Shown here piece by piece: positions 1 to 9,047 of a DNA stretch of 44,359 bases; the first letter of the stretch is position 1; each line of letters begins with the position of its first letter. The position numbers and the translations under genes were made by a program. The notes under the pieces are model-generated. The model ran no database searches. It was not told where the DNA came from and saw nothing but the letters and a program-made list of their open reading frames with translations. This stretch comes from an uncultured Spirochaetaceae bacterium (GTDB taxonomy: Bacteria > Spirochaetota > Spirochaetia > Treponematales > Treponemataceae). The stretch spans positions 1-44,359 of the forward strand of contig CADCRJ010000114.1 in the NCBI GenBank assembly GCA_902803735.1, given 5' to 3'.

Positions 1-65
1 GCTGGGAGTTGCTTTCTGCGTATTTTACTTTTTGAAACTCGACATTCGCCCTTCTTGTATATTTT

Positions 66-632
66 CTAGGAATAGAAAGTTTTCTTGACAATTTCAATCA
101 ATTCTGTGTCTTTTGGCAAAAAATGAACTGTTTCGGCTTTGTAAAATTTGAGCTGAAATACACCTTCCTTTCGTTCTTCTAATACAGGAATGTAATCAGC
201 CGCATGTTGTGCAAACATGAGCCAGCATTGCAAATAAATGAACTGCCCGCCCCTTGTGTAAGAATCTTTTTTGCAGACGGTCGATTCAATATCTGCCCTT
301 GCTATGAAAGTCTGCTCGTCGCCGAGCTTTTCATTTATTTCTGTGATGGATTTAAACAGATTGTATGCTTTTAAGAGGCTTTGCTGGTCGTCGTCAATGG
401 ATTTTGCCCTCGCGGATTTTGTTCCCAAGGCTTCGTAAGGGGATTTATAAATCCTGTATGTTGAAATAATTGCGAGTTCAAACCGCTCTTCTCTTGAATT
501 AATCTTATCCTGCAAGATGGAATCTTTTCGTACTTCCTCAACACGTTCTGAATCTTTTGCCTTGTTAAAGCGAGCAAACTTCTTTGAAAAAGCCGAGAAA
601 GCATTTGCAACTTCTATTCGATTTTCTCCCAT
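66..632 (-). CDS. hypothetical protein (188 aa)
   Basis: Open ORF with ATG preceded by a GGAGAG SD-like motif; co-oriented with neighbours; no recognisable motif. Confidence 0.7.
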   Translation of the reverse strand: MGENRIEVANAFSAFSKKFARFNKAKDSERVEEVRKDSILQDKINSREERFELAIISTYRIYKSPYEALGTKSARAKSIDDDQQSLLKAYNLFKSITEINEKLGDEQTFIARADIESTVCKKDSYTRGGQFIYLQCWLMFAQHAADYIPVLEERKEGVFQLKFYKAETVHFLPKDTELIEIVKKTFYS

Positions 633-667
633 AAAACTAACTCTCCTAAAGACAGTAGCATGAAAAC

Positions 668-691
668 CTCTAAAAAACGAAGCTTTTAGAG
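668..691. repeat. short palindromic intergenic element CTCTAAAA-N8-TTTTAGAG
   Basis: 8-bp perfect arms; a similar CTAAAA...TTTTAG core occurs at 10317-10332. Confidence 0.45.
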
Positions 692-700
692 AATCGCATA

Positions 701-1678
701 TTAATCAAAGAATGGATAGCACTCAAAGCCTGCGTCCCTGAGTTTTTGTCCCATGGAGCCGCTTTTATTTTCATCAACGACTACAAGATAATATTTAGTA
801 CCGCTTGGCCTTACATCTGGAGCGATATAAGCATTAAATCCCTTTGATTTTGCTTTTTCAACGAGGACTTTTGCATTCGACTCATCCTTAAAAAGCCCAA
901 GCTGCTGTTTTTTCGCTTTCTCGGAGCTTGCTGCGGCAGATTTTGTCTCGGTTATCGCTGTTTGCTTTACTTCTGCTACAGCATCCCCAACGCGATGAAC
1001 AAAATACCAGAAAGGGGCGGGAAGCTGCTGAATGTCTCCCTTTACAATTGCCGTTTCAAGGCTTTTAGGGTATTTTTTCTTTAATTTGTCAGAATAGGAC
1101 TTGCTGCCTGTTACGTGCCAAAGTGTTAAAAGTACTGTAGGCTCAACGGCTGTCATTGAAGAATTGTCTACGTAAGTGTTTAAGGTTGCGACGGCTGCCT
1201 TTGTGTCCGTGTCGCTTTCTGCTTTGCAAAGTCTTGCCCATTGTCGGTATAGCTTTAGATATGCTTTCGTGGTTTCGTCCGCCGTGTTCTGGACTTCGGA
1301 ACTCAGGTAAGATTCTGCGTTTGCGTAATTGCCGCAACAGAGAGCACAGCGAGTTGCGTCAAGGACAAGCTGCTCCGAGCTTTTTTTGGGCATACCTGCC
1401 GCATCTCCTGCGACCATAGCGGCTGCCTGTGCATAGGACTTTTCCGCGTCTTCGTATTGACCCATCTGTTCCTGTACGCTGGCTAAGAACGCACATAAAG
1501 CTCTCTTTTCCCTCGTATCAGTAAAAGAAGCAACTGTTTGCTTTAAGTAAGCGACAGATTTTGACAGGTCGCTTTTCTTTGCCGCTTCCGTCGCAGCCGC
1601 TTTTGCTGTGGTTATTTGCGCCGAAAACAAAATTGAGTTTGTAAAAAGCAAAAAGAAAAGACTTGTCAAAACTCTCAT
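701..1678 (-). CDS. secreted TPR-repeat / SPOR-domain protein
   Basis: N-terminal signal peptide, TPR-like helices (LASVQEQMGQYEDAEKSY), C-terminal SPOR-like QQLGLFKDESNA...KGFNAYI. Confidence 0.75.
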   Translation of the reverse strand: MRVLTSLFFLLFTNSILFSAQITTAKAAATEAAKKSDLSKSVAYLKQTVASFTDTREKRALCAFLASVQEQMGQYEDAEKSYAQAAAMVAGDAAGMPKKSSEQLVLDATRCALCCGNYANAESYLSSEVQNTADETTKAYLKLYRQWARLCKAESDTDTKAAVATLNTYVDNSSMTAVEPTVLLTLWHVTGSKSYSDKLKKKYPKSLETAIVKGDIQQLPAPFWYFVHRVGDAVAEVKQTAITETKSAAASSEKAKKQQLGLFKDESNAKVLVEKAKSKGFNAYIAPDVRPSGTKYYLVVVDENKSGSMGQKLRDAGFECYPFFD

Positions 1679-1689
1679 TTTACGCCTCT

Positions 1690-2304
1690 CTAAAAGTCCA
1701 GAGATTCCTTTACAGAAGCAGAAAGCTCTGCCAGATTCAAAGGCTTCTTGAAAAAGTCTTTGATGCCAAGGGCCTGAACTTGCTGCTCGACTTCAGGATT
1801 CTCAAGGGCCGTAACGACTATAATAGAAGGACTGCCATAAAGCTCAGTCTCGTTAATTCTCTTGCAAAGGCTGAATCCGTCAACGCCTGGAAGATTCAAG
1901 TCAAGAATCAGGCAAGACGGGTGTTTCTCCGCCATAAGCGAGCCTGCCTCAAATCCGTCAAAAGCTTGAAAGATTTCAATATCCTCAATCTTTTTTTCCA
2001 TGTATTTGGCTATAACTGTATTAAGACCTTTGTCATCATCTACTATCAGAAGAATTTTTTCTTTTCCAACGTCTTTTGTGCACAGAACGTCGAGTTCCTG
2101 TGGAATATTCATGTTTCGGCGTTTCATAAAGTCTCGCAAATCAGTTGGATAAATGCGGTACTGTCCGCCGGGAGTTCTGAAGGCTTTTAAATGACCTGCA
2201 TGAATCCAGTTTATTGCAGTCTGGTTCACGACTCCGCATATTTTTGCGACTTCTAGTGCAGAAAATATAGTTGGTTTATTATCATTCTGTGACATATTAC
2301 TCAC
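1690..2304 (-). CDS. response regulator with N-terminal excisionase/MerR-like HTH and C-terminal receiver domain
   Basis: FSALEVAKICGV...INWIHAGHLKAFRTPGGQYRI (HTH_17-like), then LIVDDD...LILDLNLPGVDG...KKP receiver motifs. Start could be the ATG at 2295. Confidence 0.85.
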   Translation of the reverse strand: MSNMSQNDNKPTIFSALEVAKICGVVNQTAINWIHAGHLKAFRTPGGQYRIYPTDLRDFMKRRNMNIPQELDVLCTKDVGKEKILLIVDDDKGLNTVIAKYMEKKIEDIEIFQAFDGFEAGSLMAEKHPSCLILDLNLPGVDGFSLCKRINETELYGSPSIIVVTALENPEVEQQVQALGIKDFFKKPLNLAELSASVKESLDF

Positions 2305-2416
2305 TCTTTTTTCACGACAAAATTTTTATGCTGCAAAAAATCAAATTTGCCGTGTAGTTTTAGCGATGTTAATCAAAAAACTTGATTAACCGATAGATAA
2401 TACCCCTGCCTCTTTT

Positions 2417-3097
2417 TCAAGAAGCTTCTTCCGATTTCATTTTGATGGTACTTTTTATCATTCTATAAGAAAAACCGCTATCAATAAGATATTTTATCAG
2501 CTTTTCTTGATTTTTTCCTTGTTTTAAAGCTTTTTCATAAGCTTTTAAACATAATTTTAATTCGTCTGTACTTTCAAAGAATTCATCAAGAACTGAAGTT
2601 GCAGTATTTTTTGAAATCCCGCGACTTAGAAGTTCCTTCAGAAGCCTTGCTTTTCCATGAGCCTTTAACGAAGCGTGCGTTCTGACCCATGATTCCGCAA
2701 AACGATAGTCACTAAGAAGATTCTTTGATTCAAGATAATCTAGCGCATCGTTTATTGGATTTTTTTCAAATCCTTTTTGTAATAGTTTTCGTTCAAGTCC
2801 AAAACGGCATTGCTCGCAGCGGGCTAAATAAGAAAGTGCTTTTCGCTCTGCGTTAAAAGCAAGCCCTGCCTGTATAATATCCAGGCTTTCTTCTGCGGAA
2901 AAAACTTCGCCGTTCTGAATTCGTTCGCAATGTACTAATTTTAGATAACAAAAACGAATAAAAAAAACAGGTCCATCGCAAAAAGTGATTTCCACACAAT
3001 CTGATGATACCTGTTTTATTGAGCTAATTGCAAGCAAAAATTCAGTAGAGTTACTATATTCAGCAGTATTTTTGATTTCGTGCATAATATAAGCCAT
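2417..3097 (-). CDS. recX: RecX regulatory protein
   Basis: ALSYLAR...LERKLLQKGF...LDYLESKNLLSDYRFAESWVR...GKARLLKELLSRGIS...YLIDSGFSY RecX repeats. Start moved downstream of the rpsI stop (3097 or 3085). Confidence 0.85.
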   Translation of the reverse strand: MAYIMHEIKNTAEYSNSTEFLLAISSIKQVSSDCVEITFCDGPVFFIRFCYLKLVHCERIQNGEVFSAEESLDIIQAGLAFNAERKALSYLARCEQCRFGLERKLLQKGFEKNPINDALDYLESKNLLSDYRFAESWVRTHASLKAHGKARLLKELLSRGISKNTATSVLDEFFESTDELKLCLKAYEKALKQGKNQEKLIKYLIDSGFSYRMIKSTIKMKSEEAS

Positions 3098-3122
3098 AAA
3101 ATAAAAAACTGCTGATATAAAA

Positions 3123-3515
3123 CTAACGTTTGCTGAACTGGAATCTGCGACGAGCTCCGCGCTGACCGTACTTTTTGCGCTCAACCATACGTGAGTCGCG
3201 AGTGAGGTAGCCGTTTGCTTTCAAAGAAGCACGAGCATCTGGATCAATCTGGAGCAATGCTCTTGAAATACCATGCAAGCAAGCTGCTGCCTGACCTTTC
3301 AATCCACCACCCTGAACGTTGATAAGGATGTCGTATTTGTTCTCATAGTTTGTTACGAGCAATGGCTGGTGAACAGTACGAACCTGTCCTTCCAATGGGA
3401 AATACTCAGCAACATCTTTTCCGTTTACAACGATTTTTCCAGAGCCTTCGCGGACAAATACACGGGCTACGGATGTCTTTCTTCTACCAGTTCCAATAGC
3501 GATATTTTTTACCAT
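3123..3515 (-). CDS. rpsI: 30S ribosomal protein S9
   Basis: [27 protein letters not shown]...[10 protein letters not shown]. Confidence 0.99.
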   Translation of the reverse strand: MVKNIAIGTGRRKTSVARVFVREGSGKIVVNGKDVAEYFPLEGQVRTVHQPLLVTNYENKYDILINVQGGGLKGQAAACLHGISRALLQIDPDARASLKANGYLTRDSRMVERKKYGQRGARRRFQFSKR

Positions 3516-3527
3516 TTCAGACTCCTA

Positions 3528-3956
3528 TTACAACTCTATTACTTTTGGGTTCTGTGATGCATGAGGATGCTCTGAACCTGCATAAACTTTGAGGTTACCC
3601 ATAAGTCTACGACCAAGACGACCATTTGGCAACATACCGTTGATTGTGCGTGTCAAAGGATCTGTAGGATGTCTCTCAATCAATTTCTCGAATGTGAAAG
3701 AGCGGAGTCCGCCAACATATCCTGTGTAATGACGATAAAGTTTGTCTGTAGCTTTTTTTCCGCTGACAGCAACTTTCTCAGCATTGATGATAACTACATA
3801 GTCACCCATTTCCTGGAATGGTGTATATGAAGCCTTGTTCTTTCCTCTAAGAAGAGAAGCTGCTTTTGCAGCAACACGTCCGAGTGGTTTGCCAGCTGCA
3901 TCGATAACATACCAGTTACGTTTCTGTTCGTACTCTTTAATGAAGATGGTTTTCAT
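3528..3956 (-). CDS. rplM: 50S ribosomal protein L13
   Basis: WYVIDAAGKPLGRVA, LRGKNK, GDYVVIINAEKV, GMLP, LKVYAGSEHPH; upstream of rpsI. Confidence 0.99.
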   Translation of the reverse strand: MKTIFIKEYEQKRNWYVIDAAGKPLGRVAAKAASLLRGKNKASYTPFQEMGDYVVIINAEKVAVSGKKATDKLYRHYTGYVGGLRSFTFEKLIERHPTDPLTRTINGMLPNGRLGRRLMGNLKVYAGSEHPHASQNPKVIEL

Positions 3957-3983
3957 GTATATACCTTAAATAAAAAAAGTGTT

Positions 3984-4016
3984 TATGTAATCTGATTGCA
4001 TCATTCAAATTACACA
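3984..4016 (-). promoter_or_regulatory. 12-bp hairpin in the predicted rplM-rpsI leader
   Basis: Minus strand UGUGUAAUUUGA/UCAGAUUACAUA pairs fully using two G-U pairs; lies downstream of TTGACC(4064-4059)-N17-TATTAT(4041-4036). Confidence 0.45.
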
Positions 4017-4070
4017 ATAATATACGGGGATTATTATAATAATCTTTTTAGAACCAATGGTCAATAAATT

Positions 4071-4301
4071 TTATTCTTTTTTTGCTTCTTTTGCGGCAGC
4101 TTCTTCTTCTTTTTTTGCTTCCTGTCTGTCTTTTATGTCAGCGAGCCCTATGAGTATGGCTATAAATCCGATTATAGCAGACAGAACTGGAGCCGCACCT
4201 TTCAGGAAATTAATAATCTCCTGTGTCCAGCACAGACCGCCTGGAAGCCATGCGAATACGGTAAAAGCTATGAGCGCCGCACCTATAAAAACTGCAATCA
4301 T
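4071..4301 (-). CDS. small membrane protein (2 TM, charged C-tail)
   Basis: AAGGAG SD before ATG; two hydrophobic segments followed by an E/K/A-rich tail. Confidence 0.75.
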   Translation of the reverse strand: MIAVFIGAALIAFTVFAWLPGGLCWTQEIINFLKGAAPVLSAIIGFIAILIGLADIKDRQEAKKEEEAAAKEAKKE

Positions 4302-4477
4302 TTTTTATTCTCCTTGAAAAATTCTGAAAAACTCCGCGTTAGCGGTGTTGCATTGTAAGTCTTTGGATGTACCTGCCAAAACTTGCTTTTTCTATTCTAT
4401 AATTTTATTCTAGAATAGAAAACAGAAATTTACAAAAGTTATCTGCATAAAATTAGAATCATGGTTTATAATGAAAA

Positions 4478-4508
4478 TGTTGGGAAACTTCAGTTTTCCG
4501 AACAGGTC
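4478..4508. repeat. palindromic repeat sharing TTTCCGAACAGGT with 39563-39596
   Basis: TGTTGGGAAAC-TTCA-GTTTTCCGAACAGGT; 13-mer identical to part of the hairpin after ribH. Confidence 0.5.
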
Positions 4509-4587
4509 TAATGAATTTATTTACGCAGAGTCTGTAAAAAGGCTCCGATATTACAAATAACGATGAATCTTTCATCGGGCGTGTGGT

Positions 4588-6369
4588 ATGCAGGATATAG
4601 ATTTTAAAAAAGTTTTCAACAAAATTTCAGCACAGATTATTATTGCCGAGCCAGTTTATTCAGATGAAAAAAAAGATTTGTCTGATTTTAGGATTCTGTT
4701 CATAAACGAAGCTTTTTCAAAAAGATTTGAAAACCTTGCCAAAGAAGGCGGGCTTTTCTCGAAGTTTTCTTCTGAGCTTTCAAAGGATCTTGATTTAATA
4801 TCATTTGGTTCCGAAGTTATCAAAACTGGCACTTCAAATGTCTGTACTATTTTTTCAAATTCATATTCCTGTTGGCTCAAAATTTCAATAGACGTATCCG
4901 ATGAGCTTTTGATTGTAACCTTTGCAAACGCGGACAGGGACAAGCTTTATGAGGAGCAACTGAAAAACCAGAATGCAAGGCTCTCTAATCTTACGGAGGA
5001 ACTTTTCGCATCGCGCGAGAATTTGCGTGGAAACCTTGACAGGATAAATGCACTAAACGCAAAACTTGAGTTTACGGCATACCACGATTCCTTGACAGGG
5101 CTCCATGGCAGGGTAAAGCTTGAGGATGATTTTTCTGAGTGGCTCAAAGACTCTCAGGGAACAGAAAGTAAATTCGGGCTCATGGTGATGGGAATCGACA
5201 ACATGAAGCTCATAAACGACTTTCAGGGGCGTGCGAAAGGCGACAGGATTATTTGCAAATTCGCAGAAATCCTAAAACGCCTTGAAAAAGAAGACATACG
5301 CTTCTACCGCTTGAACGGCGACGAATTTGTTGCCCTTTACAACCATGTTGCGTCGAACGATACGATAGTAAATATGGGTGACACCCTGCTTGAAATCTGC
5401 AATGCGGAAGGTTTCGGGTTTTCTGGCGGTATTTCGATGTACCCTGATGACGGCACGAACTTTGAGGATATATTGCGTTTCGCTGATATGGCTATGCTTG
5501 ACGCAAAGAAAAAGGGAAAGAATACGACTTGTTTCTTCCAAGCTGTTATGCGGGAACGCTTCATGCGAAAGCTCATAATCCAGAACAAGCTTAGTGCAGC
5601 TTTCAACAGCAGCGCGTTCCAGACAGGGTTTGAGCTGCATTACCAGCCACAGTTTGATGCCGTGTCGAACAAGCTCAGGGGATTTGAGGCTCTGCTCCGT
5701 TGGGAAGACGATGAGCTTGGCTGGATAAACCCAGAGCAGTTCATACCGATTGCCGAGGAGACTCGCCTTGTGATTCCTCTCGGCGACTGGGTTATGGAGA
5801 CCGCGATAAAAACCCTTAGCGACTGGCAGAAAAACTACTCTTTTGACGGAATAATGAGCGTGAACGTTTCTCCTGTTCAGTTAAAAAAAGCAACGTTCAT
5901 ATTTGATTTGTCAACTTTAATTGAGCAGTACGACATAAGACCAGAAACGCTTGAAATTGAGATAACAGAAGGCGTTTTCATTGAGAACAAGGATGAGATT
6001 CTTGGCTTGCTGAACCAAATCAGGGCAATGGGAATCGGCATTTCATTGGATGACTTTGGTACAGGCTACTCTTCGTTGAGTTATTTGCAGCTTTTGCCAA
6101 TAACGACGCTGAAAATCGACAAGTCATTTATCTCGAACATCGCCGCTGAGAATGGGGTTGAAGCCAATATTACTGATTCAATCATATCAATGGTAACTAA
6201 GATGGGGCTTGATACGATTGCTGAGGGAGTTGAGAAACCTGAGCAGCTAAACATCTTGAGAAGTATAAACTGCCGCAATATTCAGGGATTCTTGAAAGGT
6301 AAACCAATGTCAAAGAATCGCTGCGAGCAGATTTTCAAATACGGCTACGAGAGCGCGGAGCATTTGTAA
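4588..6369 (+). CDS. PAS-like/coiled-coil GGDEF-EAL protein, probable c-di-GMP phosphodiesterase
   Basis: AYHDSLTGL and RLNGDEF (degenerate GGDEF); EAL domain intact: FEALLRW, SVNVS, EITE, DDFGTGYSSLSYL, KIDKSF, AEGVE, QG. Confidence 0.92.
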   Translation: MQDIDFKKVFNKISAQIIIAEPVYSDEKKDLSDFRILFINEAFSKRFENLAKEGGLFSKFSSELSKDLDLISFGSEVIKTGTSNVCTIFSNSYSCWLKISIDVSDELLIVTFANADRDKLYEEQLKNQNARLSNLTEELFASRENLRGNLDRINALNAKLEFTAYHDSLTGLHGRVKLEDDFSEWLKDSQGTESKFGLMVMGIDNMKLINDFQGRAKGDRIICKFAEILKRLEKEDIRFYRLNGDEFVALYNHVASNDTIVNMGDTLLEICNAEGFGFSGGISMYPDDGTNFEDILRFADMAMLDAKKKGKNTTCFFQAVMRERFMRKLIIQNKLSAAFNSSAFQTGFELHYQPQFDAVSNKLRGFEALLRWEDDELGWINPEQFIPIAEETRLVIPLGDWVMETAIKTLSDWQKNYSFDGIMSVNVSPVQLKKATFIFDLSTLIEQYDIRPETLEIEITEGVFIENKDEILGLLNQIRAMGIGISLDDFGTGYSSLSYLQLLPITTLKIDKSFISNIAAENGVEANITDSIISMVTKMGLDTIAEGVEKPEQLNILRSINCRNIQGFLKGKPMSKNRCEQIFKYGYESAEHL

Positions 6370-6377
6370 AAACTCTG

Positions 6378-6851
6378 TTAGCGGTTGTACACTACGTAGC
6401 GCACTCTTCCTTTTTCTACGGCGGTGCGAATTTCTTTCTCTCGCTGGCTTAGCTTTGAGTCGCCTGTTTTGACTTCTATGAAAAGGACTTCTTTTATTTC
6501 ATGTCCTTCTGCCGCGCCTGGAAAAGCGACAAAATCAATAGGCTTACCGACAAAGCGAACGTCTCCTGGGTTGCACGGGAAATCTGGCAAAAAAGGAGCA
6601 ATCTGCTCTGTTACTTGCCCGCCTATAACGGCTCTGGAGCGTTTTATCGCGTCGCTGCGGGTTGTTTTCAGTTTTTCGGAAAGCAGAGCCCTGTTTTTGA
6701 CTTTCTCAATCATAATCCCTGCAAGAAAAGCTGCCGAGAACATTGCGAGCAGGATTATGATGATTCCTGCGACGAAGAGCCAAAGATAAAGACGCTCCTC
6801 ATCAGGTACTTGGGATAAAAAAGATTTAAAAAGCAAAGAAAATTTTTTCAT
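6378..6851 (-). CDS. membrane-anchored Holliday junction resolvase-like PD-(D/E)XK endonuclease
   Basis: N-terminal TM helix; DAIKRSRAVIGGQVTEQIAP, PIDFVAF...FIEVKTG...LSQRE. Confidence 0.85.
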   Translation of the reverse strand: MKKFSLLFKSFLSQVPDEERLYLWLFVAGIIIILLAMFSAAFLAGIMIEKVKNRALLSEKLKTTRSDAIKRSRAVIGGQVTEQIAPFLPDFPCNPGDVRFVGKPIDFVAFPGAAEGHEIKEVLFIEVKTGDSKLSQREKEIRTAVEKGRVRYVVYNR

Positions 6852-6876
6852 AGCAAAATAATCGTTTTAGATTCCT

Positions 6877-7299
6877 TTAGATTGTCTGGGCTATTTCCGG
6901 CTTTACAAAATGTAGGCTGCTTCGGCTAATCAAGAACATGATTAAAGATGCGGAAAAGAAAAATATGCTCACCGTAAAAAATTTAAGATACTCCAGTTTA
7001 ATCATCTGCCAATTACGGAATACGCGGGCAATGATAGCAGGAGAGTAAATATAACCGACTATGGCACTCGCTATTGGTGCAAGAAAAGACACCATTCCGT
7101 TAAAGGCGTACTGAAGTTTTGAGAGTTGAAGACGTACGACATCTCCCTTTTTTAGGGAAATTTTTCTTTTGTTCGAGACCTCAAACATTTTTCCCTGTAT
7201 TTGGCAACCTGTCGTACATTTTATACATGCATTTGATATGAGCGGCACGACAAAAATCCTGTCGCCTTCGATTTTCTTTACAATCGCAAAATCATGCAT
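6877..7299 (-). CDS. RseC/MucC-family membrane protein
   Basis: N-terminal CxxCxxxC (ACIKCTTGC), V.N...LKKGDVVRL, two C-terminal TM segments. Confidence 0.6.
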   Translation of the reverse strand: MHDFAIVKKIEGDRIFVVPLISNACIKCTTGCQIQGKMFEVSNKRKISLKKGDVVRLQLSKLQYAFNGMVSFLAPIASAIVGYIYSPAIIARVFRNWQMIKLEYLKFFTVSIFFFSASLIMFLISRSSLHFVKPEIAQTI

Positions 7300-7840
7300 A
7301 CGGAACAAAACCTCCGCTCTGGCTTGGCGAGAGATTTTTCATCTGCTCTATGCATTGCAGTTTGCCTGCCTCGTTGCCAAGCTCGTCATAAGTGTCGCGA
7401 AGATTGTAAAGGGCATCGTAGTAATACGGATTTATTGTAACGGCATGTTCAAATGCCTCGCATGCTAAATCGTATTTATTTGTGTTAAAATAAATTACAC
7501 CAGCCATATTCCAAAGCCTTGCATTTGTAACGCCAAATAAAAGACCTTCGTTACAGCATCTGAGGGCTTCTTCATAATCTCCGAGGTTAAAGTTAACAAG
7601 GGCAAGGGTCTCTAGCACATCTTGGTCTGTGTCATTTATCTTGTATGCCTGCTCAAGGGCTTCCTTTGCTGCCTGCATCTGTCCAGAGTCCCTGTATGTA
7701 ATGCCAAGATTGTACCAAAGCATATAATTGAAACGCTCTATTTCTATAGCGCGCTGAAAACATGCGATGGCTTCTTTGTATTCTCCTTTTGAGGCGAATT
7801 CCAAAGCTTGATTGTTCAATATATCAGGACTTTCCTTCAT
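7292..7840 (-). CDS. tetratricopeptide repeat protein
   Basis: Repeated TPR motifs (LWYNLGITY...A..ALEQA; LWNMAGVIYF...AFEHAVTINP). Start set at MKESP, just after the upstream stop. Confidence 0.85.
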   Translation of the reverse strand: MKESPDILNNQALEFASKGEYKEAIACFQRAIEIERFNYMLWYNLGITYRDSGQMQAAKEALEQAYKINDTDQDVLETLALVNFNLGDYEEALRCCNEGLLFGVTNARLWNMAGVIYFNTNKYDLACEAFEHAVTINPYYYDALYNLRDTYDELGNEAGKLQCIEQMKNLSPSQSGGFVPYA

Positions 7841-7844
7841 AAAT

Positions 7845-8918
7845 TCATTTTCCTTTTTTAGAAATCCCTGCAAATAAATTCTGAATAAGAACTGCGCTCT
7901 CGCTGTCGGAATTACCAAAATAAGACACCAGTTCTCCGACTTTTTGCTTTATAAGCCGAGTTCCATACTCAGAGGCTTTTTGCACGGCACCGCTCTCATT
8001 GAGCAGCTCGATTGCCTGTTCTACGGCAGAGGAATTTATTCCTTCTTTTCCTGCCTGCACGAACAAATTTGCCAGTTTTTCCCTGTCGCTTCCGCAAGAT
8101 TCAAGATGAAGAATGACAGGAAGGCTTTTTTTGCCTTCTACGATATCATCTCCGCGTTTTTTTCCTGGGTTGCCAGTTGTAAGATTCGTAACGTCATCAA
8201 TAATTTGGAATCCCGTTCCAATATCCTCTGCTATTGCACCGCATTCATTGGCTTCCTGTTCTGTTCCTCCGCCACAGAGAATTCCTGTCTTTACGGCAAG
8301 TCTTGCAAGTGTCCCTGTCTTGTTCTTGACCATCGCCGTGTATTCGGACTGTGACGGAATAAAATCAGGATTCCTGTGCCACATTATGTCCATTGCCTGC
8401 CCTAAATGCAAGCGGCGAAGCTCTTCTAAGAACAGCTCGTATAATGCCAGCTTGCGCTCTGCTGAGAATGTGCTTTTCTTTATGCATACGGAAGCCTGAA
8501 AGTAAAGCCAGCTTGCTGCATTTATGGCTGTGTCCATGCCGTATGTGATATGGGCTGCCGGCATTCCACGGCGGGTGTCCGCTCCGTCCTCAATGTCATC
8601 GTGTATGAGGCTTGCATTATGAGCAAATTCAATGAGAGGTGCAAGTGAATAAGCGTTCTCAACAAATTGCTGTGGCTGATTCTTTGCGTCGGCAACAAGT
8701 TCTGCACAAAGTCCGCAGAGTAGGGGTCTCCATCGCTTTCCGCCCAGATTTATAAGCGTTCTGCATGGTGTTATGAGATTCTGTATATGTTCTGCATTTA
8801 TGCTCTTGTCGAGTATCCCGAACGAGAGCGTCTGCCAGTCTGTGTTTGAAGATTCTGGCAAAAAAGATTGCAGTGCTGATTCTATTCGTGAGAGTCTTTC
8901 TGTAAATTCTGTGTTCAT
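7845..8918 (-). CDS. polyprenyl diphosphate synthase
   Basis: GGKRWRP, IHDDIED...TRRG, GQAMD, KTG, FQIIDD, DDIVEGK. Confidence 0.93.
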   Translation of the reverse strand: MNTEFTERLSRIESALQSFLPESSNTDWQTLSFGILDKSINAEHIQNLITPCRTLINLGGKRWRPLLCGLCAELVADAKNQPQQFVENAYSLAPLIEFAHNASLIHDDIEDGADTRRGMPAAHITYGMDTAINAASWLYFQASVCIKKSTFSAERKLALYELFLEELRRLHLGQAMDIMWHRNPDFIPSQSEYTAMVKNKTGTLARLAVKTGILCGGGTEQEANECGAIAEDIGTGFQIIDDVTNLTTGNPGKKRGDDIVEGKKSLPVILHLESCGSDREKLANLFVQAGKEGINSSAVEQAIELLNESGAVQKASEYGTRLIKQKVGELVSYFGNSDSESAVLIQNLFAGISKKGK

Positions 8919-9047
8919 ATAAAAGATTATACTCAGAAATAAACAAAAAGTCACTTAGCAAGATTATTATAAGCATGGTAAACGCATTTCTAAATTTTTC
9001 ACGAAATACGTTTGCCATGCTATTTTTTATTACCTTAAAAAATATGT

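Noticed and set aside
1-65. Start of another minus-strand gene at the left edge
   Set aside because: The ATG after AAGGG hits a stop within six codons; too little sequence to call.
2370-2396. TAAT-N15-ACCGATAG sigma28-like motif on the plus strand
   Set aside because: Points antisense into the recX 3' end with no sense gene to drive, and has mismatches in both boxes.
4525-4551. Possible sigma28 promoter (TCCGATAT) before the GGDEF-EAL gene
   Set aside because: Good -10, but the -35 position at correct spacing reads GCAG, not TAAA.
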